From assembly GCA_038087875.1 (NCBI GenBank), contig CM075977.1, positions 121,892,001 through 121,956,000 on the forward strand: a DNA stretch of 64,000 nt, read 5' to 3'. Shown one piece after another: positions 25,475 to 36,401 of this stretch. This DNA comes from Malacoraja senta (Eukaryota). The notes under the pieces were generated by a model. The model saw only the letters and a program-made list of their open reading frames with translations, ran no database searches and was not told the origin of the DNA. The translations under genes were made by a program, and so were the position numbers. Position 1 is the first letter of the stretch. The number at the start of each line of letters is the position of its first letter.

Positions 25475-25584
25475 TATTTTCCAGAAGATTTTGCGTAAGA
25501 TTTTGACATGCTGATATTGAGTTTGGCGTTTCTTTCGAAAATAGTTTTGACATAATCATATTTTCTTTGTAGATGTTCTAAAAT

Positions 25585-25631
25585 CTTTTCACTCTACCTC
25601 GGTATATGCGACAATAAACTAAACTAAACTA
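25585..25631 (+). mobile_element. Isolated Rex/Babar-type LINE 3' tail
   Basis: cttttcactctacctcggtatatgcgacaataaa(ctaaa)n; related tail on the minus strand at 37741-37790. Confidence 0.7.
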
Positions 25632-26970
25632 ATTACACTGGAGAACAACAATATTGTCAAGTGTGGACAGTAAATGATCCCAAGGGTCCATTTGTGCCAA
25701 AACAAAAATGGGAGGAGGCTGTAGGGCAAAGCATTATGTGATACAGGGAATAGTGAGGAACGCAGACAAACTGCTAATGAAAATGAAACCACAGATATTA
25801 CTTCAAACATTGCTGTTGGTGGATTTGCTAGATTAGTCGATGGAATCAGGAATACAGGATGTGGCATGTATGGAGAAAACGACCAAGGCATACTGCTAGC
25901 AGAAATAGCTTTAAAACTAACAGCTAGAATGAGTGCTCAGAATGCTGAGCTAGCAGCAGTAGCCTATGTGGTCAGCCACCCTGACATGTTTCTCCAACAG
26001 TCAACATATACTCAGACAACATGTACATGTATGTATGTAACAGCCTAACTAATTTTTTGCCACTATGGGAAGCGAGGGGTTTTGTGTCAGTGAACGGTAA
26101 ACCTTTACCATCTGCGTCTCTTTCTTCAAATACATAATTCAGGAAGCTTATGAGGAGAATATGGTATAATTAAAATAAAAGTACACCATAAATTTTCCCC
26201 TGCAAAGAACATACGAGCAGATGAATTGGCAAAGTTAGGTGCCCAAGAATTAGAGGCATAGCAACCACCAATAGGTGAACAGTTGGATGTAGTCACAATC
26301 AACAAAGTAAGATTGAAGATCTGATACAGGCTCAAACCACAAACAGCGAACTGAAACAAATCCGAGATGACATATGACAACTAAGATACAAGTGGAGGAC
26401 AGACTTGTCATTAAAAATGGACGGTCTGTGGTACCCACCCAAGATTGTAATTAAATAATTATTTGATAATGCCAGAATGTTCAGAGACACCAAGGTGGTT
26501 GAAGCAAGCACTGGGTGAATTAAAATCTTGTGCTGGTGGCCAAGTATGGATAACGACATATAAGACTATGTGGATAACTGTTTGGTGTGTGTCCAGAATA
26601 ACCCAGTCATCATGCTAATAAAGGAGAACTTGGGCATACCAGACCAGTGAACGGACCCTGCACAAACTTACAGATAGATTACATTGGCCCTCTGCCACCA
26701 TGCAAGGGGGATACAGTATATCTTGGTAATCATTGACACATTGGTTAAAGCTTTTCCTATCAGGAATGACACAGCTGATATATAAGTATGGCAGGTATTT
26801 ACCAAATGCGGATTTCCATGCTGCATTGAATCAGACCAAGGCACCCATTTTACTGCCCAGGTCATGCAGAATGTAATGTTCTTATTGGAAACTCTGCATA
26901 ACATATTAGTTGCAGTTGAGTGTTATAATTAAAAAAACAAATAGAACCCTGCAACCATGATTCAGAAAAC
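25632..26970 (+). pseudogene. pol: ERV pol remnant: RNase H and integrase (protease/RT absent)
   Basis: SAQNAELAAV, IYSD..Y, LPLWEARGF, NIRADELAK (RNase H); WWPSM...CLVC, NLQIDYIGPLPP, IESDQGTHFT (integrase). Confidence 0.9.
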
Positions 26971-27403
26971 TGAACGATTCCATGTGAAAGGGATGGTATC
27001 ATGTCAATCAATTAAAATCATTCAGTCAACAGAATGACCACCATTGCCACATTCTGGTGGATGTATGTGAGACATTGACTCCAACTCCTGTCTATCGCAA
27101 GCAATAAAATAAAGCAAAGAAGTATTAAAATAGTAAGAGGGTATAATAAATATCAAACTTCAAACTGGTAAGTTCTCGTTTAATCTTACTATTTTACTTC
27201 GGAGTCACGTGAGTGACTACGTGAAGATTTTAAAGCTTTGTGATTTCATGCCGCAGATACAAATCCCGGCTTCTCACTGCATTGATTGACTCGGAACGAG
27301 AAATAATCAATAATGCATTAATAATGACATTTGCATGACAAAATGCAGTAATTCATTTATTTTAATAATAGAATTAACAGTATCCCCTTTAAACCAGCGG
27401 AAA

Positions 27404-28384
27404 TTATGCAGAACTTAAAATAGTGTCTGCAAACAGCCCCATATTGGCAATAGGCCGATGGTAAAACTGTTGAAACACCAACTCATTGGACCACCCGGCG
27501 GCTGCGAGAATATGGTCGATGGGGACGTCCTTCGCCCTGGCCGCCGACGTTACTGCTGCCCTAGTCGAATGGGATGTAAAAACATCAGTGTTAATACCTG
27601 CAGCAATCAAGACTTGTTTTAACCATCTTGAAATAGTCTGTATTGAGACTCTCTTGTGTGTTTTTTTATGTGTGATAAACAATCCAGTTTCCATATTTCA
27701 TAAGACCCTTGTAGCCTCAATGTATTGTAACAAATATGTCTTAATACATAGACATGGATCCGTTGGATATGCTGATAAAACAATTCTGAATCCTGTCATA
27801 CCTGGCCTACTTTGTTTGAGTAGGTCATAAATGTAAAACATAACATTATCTTGAGCTACTTCCATCCTGTCTATTTGTAACTTTTGTAATGTCTGCACTT
27901 GCTGTGCTGTTACAAATGCCATAAGCATGACCACTTTCATACTGAGTTTGGCCAAAGTCAAAGACATACCAGGAGACCATTCACGAAGTAGCTTAAGAAC
28001 CACACTTACATCCCAGATTGCCATTTAACTAGGCTTAGGAGGTCTGGAATTAAAAATTCTTTTCATCAATCTGGATACGAGCGGATGAGACCCAATAGGA
28101 TTTCCTTCCGACTCCATGAATAAATATGAGGACAATGCACTTCTGGCTGAATTAATTGCACTATAACTCAACCCCTCATCGTAATAAAGTGTTGACAAAA
28201 ACTCTAAAACATTTGAGGTATCTGCCGTACAATATTCAATATTCTTTTGTACACAGAACTTTTCCCATTTCTTTATATAGGAAATGTACTGCTTTTGAGT
28301 GCACTTCCTCCAGGCTGCCGTAAGCATGTCCACAGTACGCCCAGACAGTCCTCGCCCGAGAAAAGGCCTTCTTAAAACCTGCAA
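27404..28384 (-). pseudogene. DIRS tyrosine recombinase, split into three ORF pieces
   Basis: YSAINSARSALS (N-terminal domain), TAQ[Q]VQTL, HSTRAA and AAGWSN..VFQQFYH motifs. Confidence 0.9.
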
Positions 28385-28815
28385 ATTAACAAATCCATAC
28401 GATCATATAATGGATGTTGTTCTCCTGTTACTCGATGCAGCAGTAAATCCCTTCTTTTCGGGACTTTCATCAAAGGCAGTGTTGTCAATTCTAATATCAA
28501 AGGAAACCATGGCTGTGTAGGCCAATCCGGTACCACCAGTACCCTGGAGGCGGTATCTTGCCTGATTTTAAGCAAACACCGACTTATGAGGCAGAATGGT
28601 GGAAATGCATACAAAAACATACCACCCCAATGTAGCGAGAAAGCATCAATCGCTACTGCACCTGGATCTGGTTCCCATGACACATATCTCGATAGCTGAT
28701 GATTTAATCTAGATGCGAACAAGTCGATATCTGGCATTCCAAATCTGACTACTATGTCATTGAATACCTCTCGATTCAACATCCATTCTTTGTTATCATG
28801 GAATTTCCTTGACAT
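28372..28815 (-). pseudogene. DIRS DNA adenine methyltransferase-like domain
   Basis: IDLFAS, DAF...W, YAFPPF and VPDWPTQPWFP motifs, typical of the DIRS1 pol C-terminus. Confidence 0.85.
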
Positions 28816-30310
28816 GGTGTCTGCTATAATATTTAATCTACCTGGTAGATAAATAGCTGAAATCCAAATATTCCTGTCAATACATCAAGACCAGATTTGA
28901 TTAGCCAACTTATCACAAGACACCGACTTGTTTCCACCCATGTGATTAATATATGCCACAGCTGTTGCATTATCAATTTGAAGCTGAACATGCAGGTTAG
29001 TCATGTTAGAGCAATAAGCTTGGAGTCCATAGAACCCTCCTAAAAGCTCTAAATAGTTGATTCCCCATGTCTGCAGAAACAATGCCTCTTCCATATTCCA
29101 TCTGCCTTTGCAGCTGGATGACAAATCAGTTGCACCCCATCCTAGTGCTCTGACATCAGTTTGTAATACCATGGGAGGCTGTTCAATCAGTATTTTACTG
29201 AAACTACTTGAGACATGTAGAATCCACCTCTGCAAATCAGAAACAGCATTTGTTGTTAACTGCATGGCCCTATCAAAATGGCCACCATGCATCCTCAGTG
29301 CCTGTTCTTTAGCTCTCTGTAGCTGTTGGTAATGTAATGGCCCATATTGTACTGCTGGAAAAGCTGCTACTAATTTCCCTAGCACACTGGCCACATGTCT
29401 AATTGAAGGTTTTCGCTCATTTAACAGCTTAATGCAATCATCAATCAACTCCACCCTTTTTTCACTGGGCAAAGTTACTACCATGTGAACTGAATCAATT
29501 GTGAAACCCAAATAATCAATTGATGTAAGTGGTGTTAACCTTGATACCTTTGGATGTATTAGAAAACCCAAACTTTCAAAAGTGGATTTAACAACTGACA
29601 TAGATAACTCAGCTAACTCTTTTGTTCATCCTATAATTAGGACATCATCCAGCTAAGCCATTACCACATGCCCCTGGCCTCTCAGCAGCCCCAGAATTGG
29701 TTTTAACAATTTAGTGAATATTCTAGGAGCTGATGTTAACCCATTAGGCAGAGCTTTGAACTGCCATAACTGGTTCATCCAGGTAAACTTTAAATATGTT
29801 CTATCTTCCAAATGAACAGACACTGAATAATATGCATCTTTTAAATCTATAGTTGCCATATAACATGCTTTTGAAATAAATTGTTTGGCAATCACAAAAG
29901 TCTCCATTTTAAAGTGTCTAAATTGAACAAAAGGATTAAGACTTGTCAAGTCCAAAATAATCCTACATGCTCCATCCTTCTTAGGTCGGGGAAATATATT
30001 AGACACAAATTGGTGGGTTTGATAAACCGACTTTTCAATAACTCCTTTATTACATAAGTTTTCAAGTTCAGCTTGAACCTCCATCACTTCTTTTTGTGAA
30101 AACTGCAGTGTTCTGCTAGGAACTTGCTGGATGGGCAAATCATAATTTGGATCGAACTCAATTTGAAATCCTTGCATAATACTCAGAATAACAAAGTCTG
30201 AATTAATCTGCTTCCAACTTTTATAGAAGAGATGTAATCTACCCCCAACCTTTGGCTGTACTGCCGTTAATATGTTCCCATGTGAACCAGGTTCACCTAC
30301 CTCCTTAGTC
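28816..30310 (-). pseudogene. DIRS reverse transcriptase and RNase H
   Basis: VGGRL, RIILDL, FKMET, IDLKDAY, LPNGLTSAPRIFTK, *LDD; LQTD..LGWG, INYLEL, DNATAVAYINHMGG motifs. Confidence 0.92.
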
Positions 30311-31484
30311 ACTTGAGTGACCTGTGGTCCCTGGCTTCTGGCGGGAAGACCCACGCTTGTTCGTGTTCCAGCTGGAGGCCACCAACTACGTCCCTGCGAT
30401 GATGATCGACTTGTTCCTGGTGTAGGCCCAGGATCAGTATGATGTCTGAAAGGATACCTCCTCTTCACAGACTTGCCAACCATCGGTGTTTTGATCAACC
30501 CGGCTGTTTTTGCCTCATCATCCAACTCCTTCACGCGTCTCGCGAGGTCTTCTCCGAAGAGTAAGTTGGGTAGCTGCACATTACTGGGCTTGCAGAGTAC
30601 TGCGAATTTGGGATTGATGGTGGGCCGAATGGCACACTTCCTCAAACAATTGATCTCGAAGTGGGCGCTACATAGCAACCCTAGTGCCTCTTGATGCAAA
30701 TCCGTCATCTGCTGGCCTCTATCCATTGTTCTGGCAAATACAGTTATTCCAGAACCCATCAGCTTCAATATTCTCTGCAGCTTTATTTCTTGGGCTCTCA
30801 TACTCATGCTCATCTGACCCCATATCACTTTATTTACTGCTGGTGCTTTCAATAATACGCAATTCCTCGGGGTCTCGTGCTTTTTGGCAGTTTCATCCAT
30901 CGCAAGCTGTCCAGCTGATGGGATACCAAGTAGTTGATCGTGGAGGCCAACTCTTCTCCCAGTGGCTCTCCTGACCCTGACGGGGCAGCGAATCGTATTG
31001 ACAGAGGTGGAACATCTGGCAGCTGCCGTTCTTCACTTGAATCGGCCTCACCGTCAGAGTCGGGGTCAGAACTCTGCTGACCCTGTGCACGCGCCTCATC
31101 AATGAGGGTGCTCTCAAACAGCCCTTTGCTAGGTGCTGCTGACCTGGCTTCTGGAGCCTGGCTTTGGCTACACTCTTCCCTGAGTGTGCTTTGCTTGAGT
31201 AACCTGTGTAACAGGCTCTCCATTTGAGAAATCCGCTCAAAAGCGGTACCCAGCCCTGGAGTCGAATCCTCCTGATTGGACTCCTCCTCCATGGGCCTGA
31301 TGAACTTGTACTTAGCCTTGCGCCCCACTGGCGCTGACTGTGTTCTTTTAAGACCCAAATCCACAGTCGCTACGCTCCCAGCCGGCGACTGTACAGGGGT
31401 CTGAGGCAGCTCTTCGCCGACCGCAATCTCACGACTTTCAACCGGCTTTGCCGCTCGCCTCTTCCCCTTGCCCGTTTTTTCCAT
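30311..31484 (-). pseudogene. DIRS ORF1 (gag-like), frameshifted near 30900
   Basis: Kozak-like gcgccATGg at 31484; C-terminal PRNC..LKAPAVNKVIW...LLFGEDL block; position upstream of RT. Confidence 0.75.
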
Positions 31485-32012
31485 GGCGCCTGTGGAAAAA
31501 ATCCCCACAGACCCACAGCAAACGGACCCGGAAACTTTTGAAAAAGTTTTTACTTACCTTGTAGCTCAAACTACATTTGCACTACATTACGTTCACGCCA
31601 ATGCTTCTGACATAATGACGCGCAGGCGCCCTGACGGGTCTTCTTCACGTAGTCACTCACGTGACTCCGAAGTAAAATACTGGCTTATTAGACTGTACCA
31701 AGAACTGTAAATAAGAGCAGATATTACTTGTGTTTTACAGATAATTGATATTCTGCAAAGTGAAGTAATTGATTACGGTGACAACGGAGGGGATCCCGAT
31801 CAGTGTTGGAACAGCTCAAGATGTCGGGCTGATTTATAACCTTACTGAGGCACTGTGTCTCAGAGATAGGACAATTCTAGCATATTGTGGTGAAATACAC
31901 TAGAACAAGTGGTTAAGGTTCTGGAAAGCCATGTAAAAACAATAAATCAGATCATAAAGGAAAAGACCAAAGATAAGTCGAGCTCCCACAAAACAAGACC
32001 CGGTGTAGTATC

Positions 32013-32236
32013 GTGTTTAAGAAGGAACTGCAGATGCTGGAAAATCGAAGGTAGACAAAAATGCTGGAGAAACGCAGCGAGTGATGCAGCATCTATGGAG
32101 CGAAGGAAATAGGCAACGTTTCGGGTCGAAACCCTTCTTCAGACGGAAGAAGGGTTTCGACCCGATACGTTGCCTATTTCCTTCATCCATAGATGCTGCA
32201 TCACCCGCTGAGTTTCTCCAGCATTTTTGTCTACCT
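32013..32236. mobile_element. Palindromic PLE-derived insertion
   Basis: Near-perfect arms of about 90 bp centred near 32143; 10-bp TSD gtgtagtatc (32003-32012, 32237-32246). Confidence 0.9.
32112..32144 (-). ncRNA. Minimal type I hammerhead ribozyme (PLE type), intact core
   Basis: CUGAAGA-A-GGGU-UUCG-ACCC-GAAA-CGUU. Confidence 0.75.
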
Positions 32237-33216
32237 GTGTAGTATCTATGGGAATTGGATGCGAGAACAACTGAGAGAAAATCTTGGGTGGGTCAGCCAA
32301 GGAAAAGCTTTCCCTCTTGTATTAGTGATGAACAATTGGGGAATTTAACCAACAGAGAAATACACCCAAGGTTACGAAGGAGTCAATTCCATCGATTAAA
32401 TAAAGTCTGGTTCAAGGAAGGTTGTGGGGAGCTACTAGTAAAGCTTTGGGAATGATACTGGGACTTTTAATAATCCCACAGGATAAACGTGGACTGGAAA
32501 TTTACCAAGTAGAAAATATAAGCTATATTAGAGAAGGGATATGGCTAGGACATGAAAACGTTCTGCCTTATTCCATAGAAAAGACAAATGATTGGTAGAT
32601 ACACCCCTGACTAAATGGCAACATACTGATGGGATTGTTGTCTGTCCATACCCTATATACACTAATGAACAAGCTCAGTGGGGATTTGAGGCAAAAAGAG
32701 ATTTACAATTACATTGTACAATGGAAGCTAGGGTACTCAAGGTCGAAATCACCAAGGTTGCGTGCATAGGAAAATGGAAATACTGTATTCCAACTTCATT
32801 ACAGGAATATCAATATGATGTTCAGGCATGTCCTATTAACAATACAACCTAATGTATTCATCCGCAAATACCCGCCAATATTGGTAAAATCGAGTGGATT
32901 GATGTACATAAACGTAATGAAATCACGATGGAAGTTACTGAGAGAATAAAGGAAGATTCAAGCAAATATTTCCAAAAGGATATTACTAAAGTTGGGCTCT
33001 TGCCTGACAATTTACAATGGATTAAAAAACAGCTAATTAATGGCCCCAGTACATTCATTAATGTCATCCAGCACACTGGAGAGATTAAGATGAATATTAA
33101 AGAAATTAAGGAAACCAGCTGGTGGGATGATATTTGGAACTGGGATACAAATGTACAAATTCACCCGTGGGTAAGGATTGCCTCCCACATTGCAATCGTT
33201 GTGATGGTTTTAACAT

Positions 33217-34168
33217 TGAAACATAGAAAATAGGTGCAGGAGTAGGCCATTCGGCCCTCCAAGCCTGCACCGCCATTCAATATGATCATGGCTGATCATC
33301 CAACTCAGTATCCTGTACCTGCCTTCTCTCCATACCCCCTGATCCCTTTAGCCACAAGGACCACATCTAACTCCCTCTTAAATATAGCCAATGAACTGGC
33401 CTCAACTACCTTCTCTGGCAGAGAATTCCAGAGATTCACCACTGTGTGAAAAATGTTTTTCTCATCTTGGTCCTAAAAGATTTCCCCCTTATCCTTAAAC
33501 TGTGACCCCTTGTTCTGGACTTCCCCAACATCGGGAACAATCTTCTTGCATCTAGCCTGTCCAACCCCTTTAAGAATTTTGTAAGTTTCTATAAGATCCC
33601 CCCTCAATCTTCTAAATTCTAGCGAGTACAAGCCGAGTCTATCCAGTCTTGCTTCATATGAAAGTCCTGACATCCCAGGAATCAGTCTGGTGAACCTTCT
33701 CTATACTCCCTCTATGGCAAGAATGTCTTTCCTCAGAATTGGAGACCAAAACTGTACGTAATACTCCAGGTGTGGTCTCACCAAGACCTTGTACAACTGC
33801 AGTAGAACCTCCCTGCTCCTATACTCAAATCCTTTTGCTATGAATGCTAACATACCATTCGCTTTCTTCACTGCACCTGCATGCCTACTTTCAATGACTG
33901 GTGTACCATGACACCCAGGTCTCGTTGCATCTCCCCTTTTCCTAATCGGCCACCATTCAGATAATAGTCTACTTTCCTGTTTTTGCCATCAAAGTGGATA
34001 ACCTCACATTTATCCACATTATACTGCATCTGCCATGCATTTGCCCACTCACACAGTCTATCCAAGTCACCTTGCAGCCTCCTAGCATCCTCCTCACAGC
34101 TAACACTGCCCCCCAGCTTAGTGTCATCCGCAAACTTGGAGATGTTGCATTCAATTCCCTCGTCCAAA
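33217..34168 (-). mobile_element. 5'-truncated CR1 LINE
   Basis: KFADDTKLGG and LYSLEFRRLRGDLIE motifs, plus 3' UTR. Confidence 0.93.
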
Positions 34169-34244
34169 TCAACAAAGAACAGATACATTATAGGGATAAC
34201 AAGCAGAGAGACACATGTATTGATAAGGTAAAAGATGAGGGAAA

Positions 34245-35458
34245 TTATGCTTTAAGAGTAGCGTAATAGTTTTAAATACTATTTGCTTGACTATCTTTTG
34301 TAGAAAATTGTAACATGGCAAAAACTATGCAGTGTGGCCTTGAGAAGATAAGGTGTCTGGGAATGGCCATTTTGCAACGGAACTGTATGATGAGAATGAA
34401 AATACGAAACAGGCAACATAATTAAGAACTCTCTAGCCCAGGGGTCGGCAACCTTGTTCTGCATAGGGGCCAGGACGCATATGTCTGTGAGCGGATGGCG
34501 GTCCACATCTCTCACGTGTACACATGGATCCTGCCCCGGTTGGCAGGCATCAAATCATGTGTTCACATAGAACCCACCCCTTCGAGGACGCCACCCTAGT
34601 TACGGGCACTCACGAACATGGCGTACCTACGGACCATTGCCTTGGCTCTGTCCTGAAGGTGGTGGCTCAAATACTCATACTCACTCGTTCCCGGCCTATT
34701 CACAACCCTGATCCCGACAGTGACCAGGATGCGGTACGGCCAGAGCTTGGCGCTCGGCGCTGCTCGGCGGCGCCGCCATTGTGGCCGCCAGCGTAGGCCT
34801 CCTTGCTTCCTTGCATCACCGTGCCTGAGTGCCGTGGCCTCGGGCCCGGGTGGTACCGGAGATGACGGAAGCCTGCGGGCCGGATAATTACGGGAAAAAA
34901 TATATGCCTGCGGGCCAGATGATTTCGGGTTACGGGCCGCATTTGGCCCAGGGGCCGTATTTTGCTAACCCCTGCTCTAGCCTGATAAGGAACGAAGATG
35001 CGTTTTTTGATTCAGCACTTGGATGAGTGATAACTTGAAATGATTGACCAGAATTGTGAGAGCCTTGGGTTAGAACAAAGGCTTCTTTTAGGAGTTTGAA
35101 GGGAAAATCGGTATAATTGAAGGGCAGTCTGAGATTTTGTGGGCGACAATGAGGGAACAACCGTGGCAAGAAGATGGGACGAGTTCGAAGCTCAGTGAAG
35201 ACTACCCCCTACCAACGGAGTGAATCAGGTCAATTCATTCATATGGGTAATATCTGACTCCAAGTCATGTGTTTTGTGGTTTAGTTTAAGAAGTGATAAG
35301 TTTAAATAGTAAAGTAAATGATGTTATTAGAAGTCAATAGTTTGCATGCATGTTTAAGTTACTCAAGTGTTAATAAAGATTAAGTTGGACTAAACCTTGG
35401 TTTAGAGTCTTTTGTTCGACACTTCAGTTGATACCCTTTGGAGGTAATAGGGTTAACA
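34245..35458 (+). repeat. ERV 3' LTR, interrupted by a MITE; start approximate
   Basis: Follows purine tract aaaagatgagggaaa (about 34230-34244); TATA-like at about 35112, AATAAA at 35372, ends gttaaCA plus TSD. Confidence 0.75.
34439..34974. mobile_element. hAT (Charlie-like) MITE
   Basis: TIRs caggggtcggcaa / ttgctaacccctg; perfect 8-bp TSD ctctagcc. Confidence 0.9.
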
Positions 35459-36201
35459 GCCCTATTACTCTATAATATTTTACCTCCAACTGAGAAAGCG
35501 AGTTTTTAAATCTCCGTTGCAGATATTATTGGCAATTCCATTGGTGTTGATATTAGTGATTTCCATACCTGAACTCATGGATAGTGCTGCCATCATACGC
35601 ACTGCACTTTCATCACATGTTGTACTTTTGCTCACTCTCCCAGGTAGATAAATATTAGCCACTGTTTTATTTTGCTATCTAACGTAAACTGAGGTAGTAA
35701 TCTCCACCTGTGAGGATTTGCTGATTGGGGGCCCTCTGGTTCATCTCAAGCCCACCTGACTAAAGTTAACTCAACTGAAGCTGACCTGAGCGTTTGAATC
35801 TTGTCATTGGCCAACATAATGATTCCTAGAAAAGTACAATCTTTCAATTGAAAGGATTTGATTCCAAATGCAGGCTCATAACCCGTTAATAGTGGGGGCT
35901 ATCCTTCTCTATCTCAACCCAACAATTTATTTCCCTCTTAATCTGGAGGACCCTTCCTGCATTTGTGCTCAAGACCTTGTTGCTCTTTCTTGGTGGAAAA
36001 TGGTGGAGTTACTTTCACTTTTGTTTTTGGCCTACCACAGACTGACTTTTCACTGGATTGATTCATATATTGATTGCTGCTTTCTCAATAAAGAAGGTGG
36101 TTTTATACATACAATCCTTTTTTTAAGGTGTGCAATAAATACCATTAAGCAATGTCTATATATGAGGGGAGATCGATGAATGTTTCTTTTCCTTATTAGT
36201 C

Positions 36202-36401
36202 NNNNNNNNNNNNNNNNNNNNNNNNNNNNNNNNNNNNNNNNNNNNNNNNNNNNNNNNNNNNNNNNNNNNNNNNNNNNNNNNNNNNNNNNNNNNNNNNNNN
36301 NNNNNNNNNNNNNNNNNNNNNNNNNNNNNNNNNNNNNNNNNNNNNNNNNNNNNNNNNNNNNNNNNNNNNNNNNNNNNNNNNNNNNNNNNNNNNNNNNNNN
36401 N
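36202..36401. other. Assembly gap
   Basis: N run. Confidence 1.

Larger units (their letters stand above)
27152..31677 (-). mobile_element. DIRS1-type tyrosine-recombinase retrotransposon, near complete
   Basis: Perfect 36-bp inverted repeat (27192-27227 / 31642-31677) plus about 40-nt 3' extension; gag-RT-RH-MT-YR order; no TSD. Confidence 0.93.
31680..33216 (+). pseudogene. env: ERV env remnant; 5' part at about 27000-27150, upstream of the DIRS insertion
   Basis: Degenerate basic site followed by GVVSMGIG; Cys-rich ectodomain (VVCPYPIY, HCTME, KYCI, ACPI); heptad-like stretch; SWWDDIWNW; start of a hydrophobic TM segment truncated by CR1. Confidence 0.7.
21625..35458 (+). mobile_element. 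Decayed endogenous retrovirus, foamy/lokiretrovirus-like, with nested insertions
   Basis: TG...CA ends with 4-bp TSD gccc (21621-21624, 35459-35462); LTR-gag-RH/IN-env-purine tract-LTR order. Confidence 0.85.

Noticed and set aside
29653-30900. Natural in-frame Gag-RT fusion in the DIRS element
   Set aside because: The copy has several stops and frameshifts, so the fusion may be a decay artefact; it cannot be supported without a consensus.
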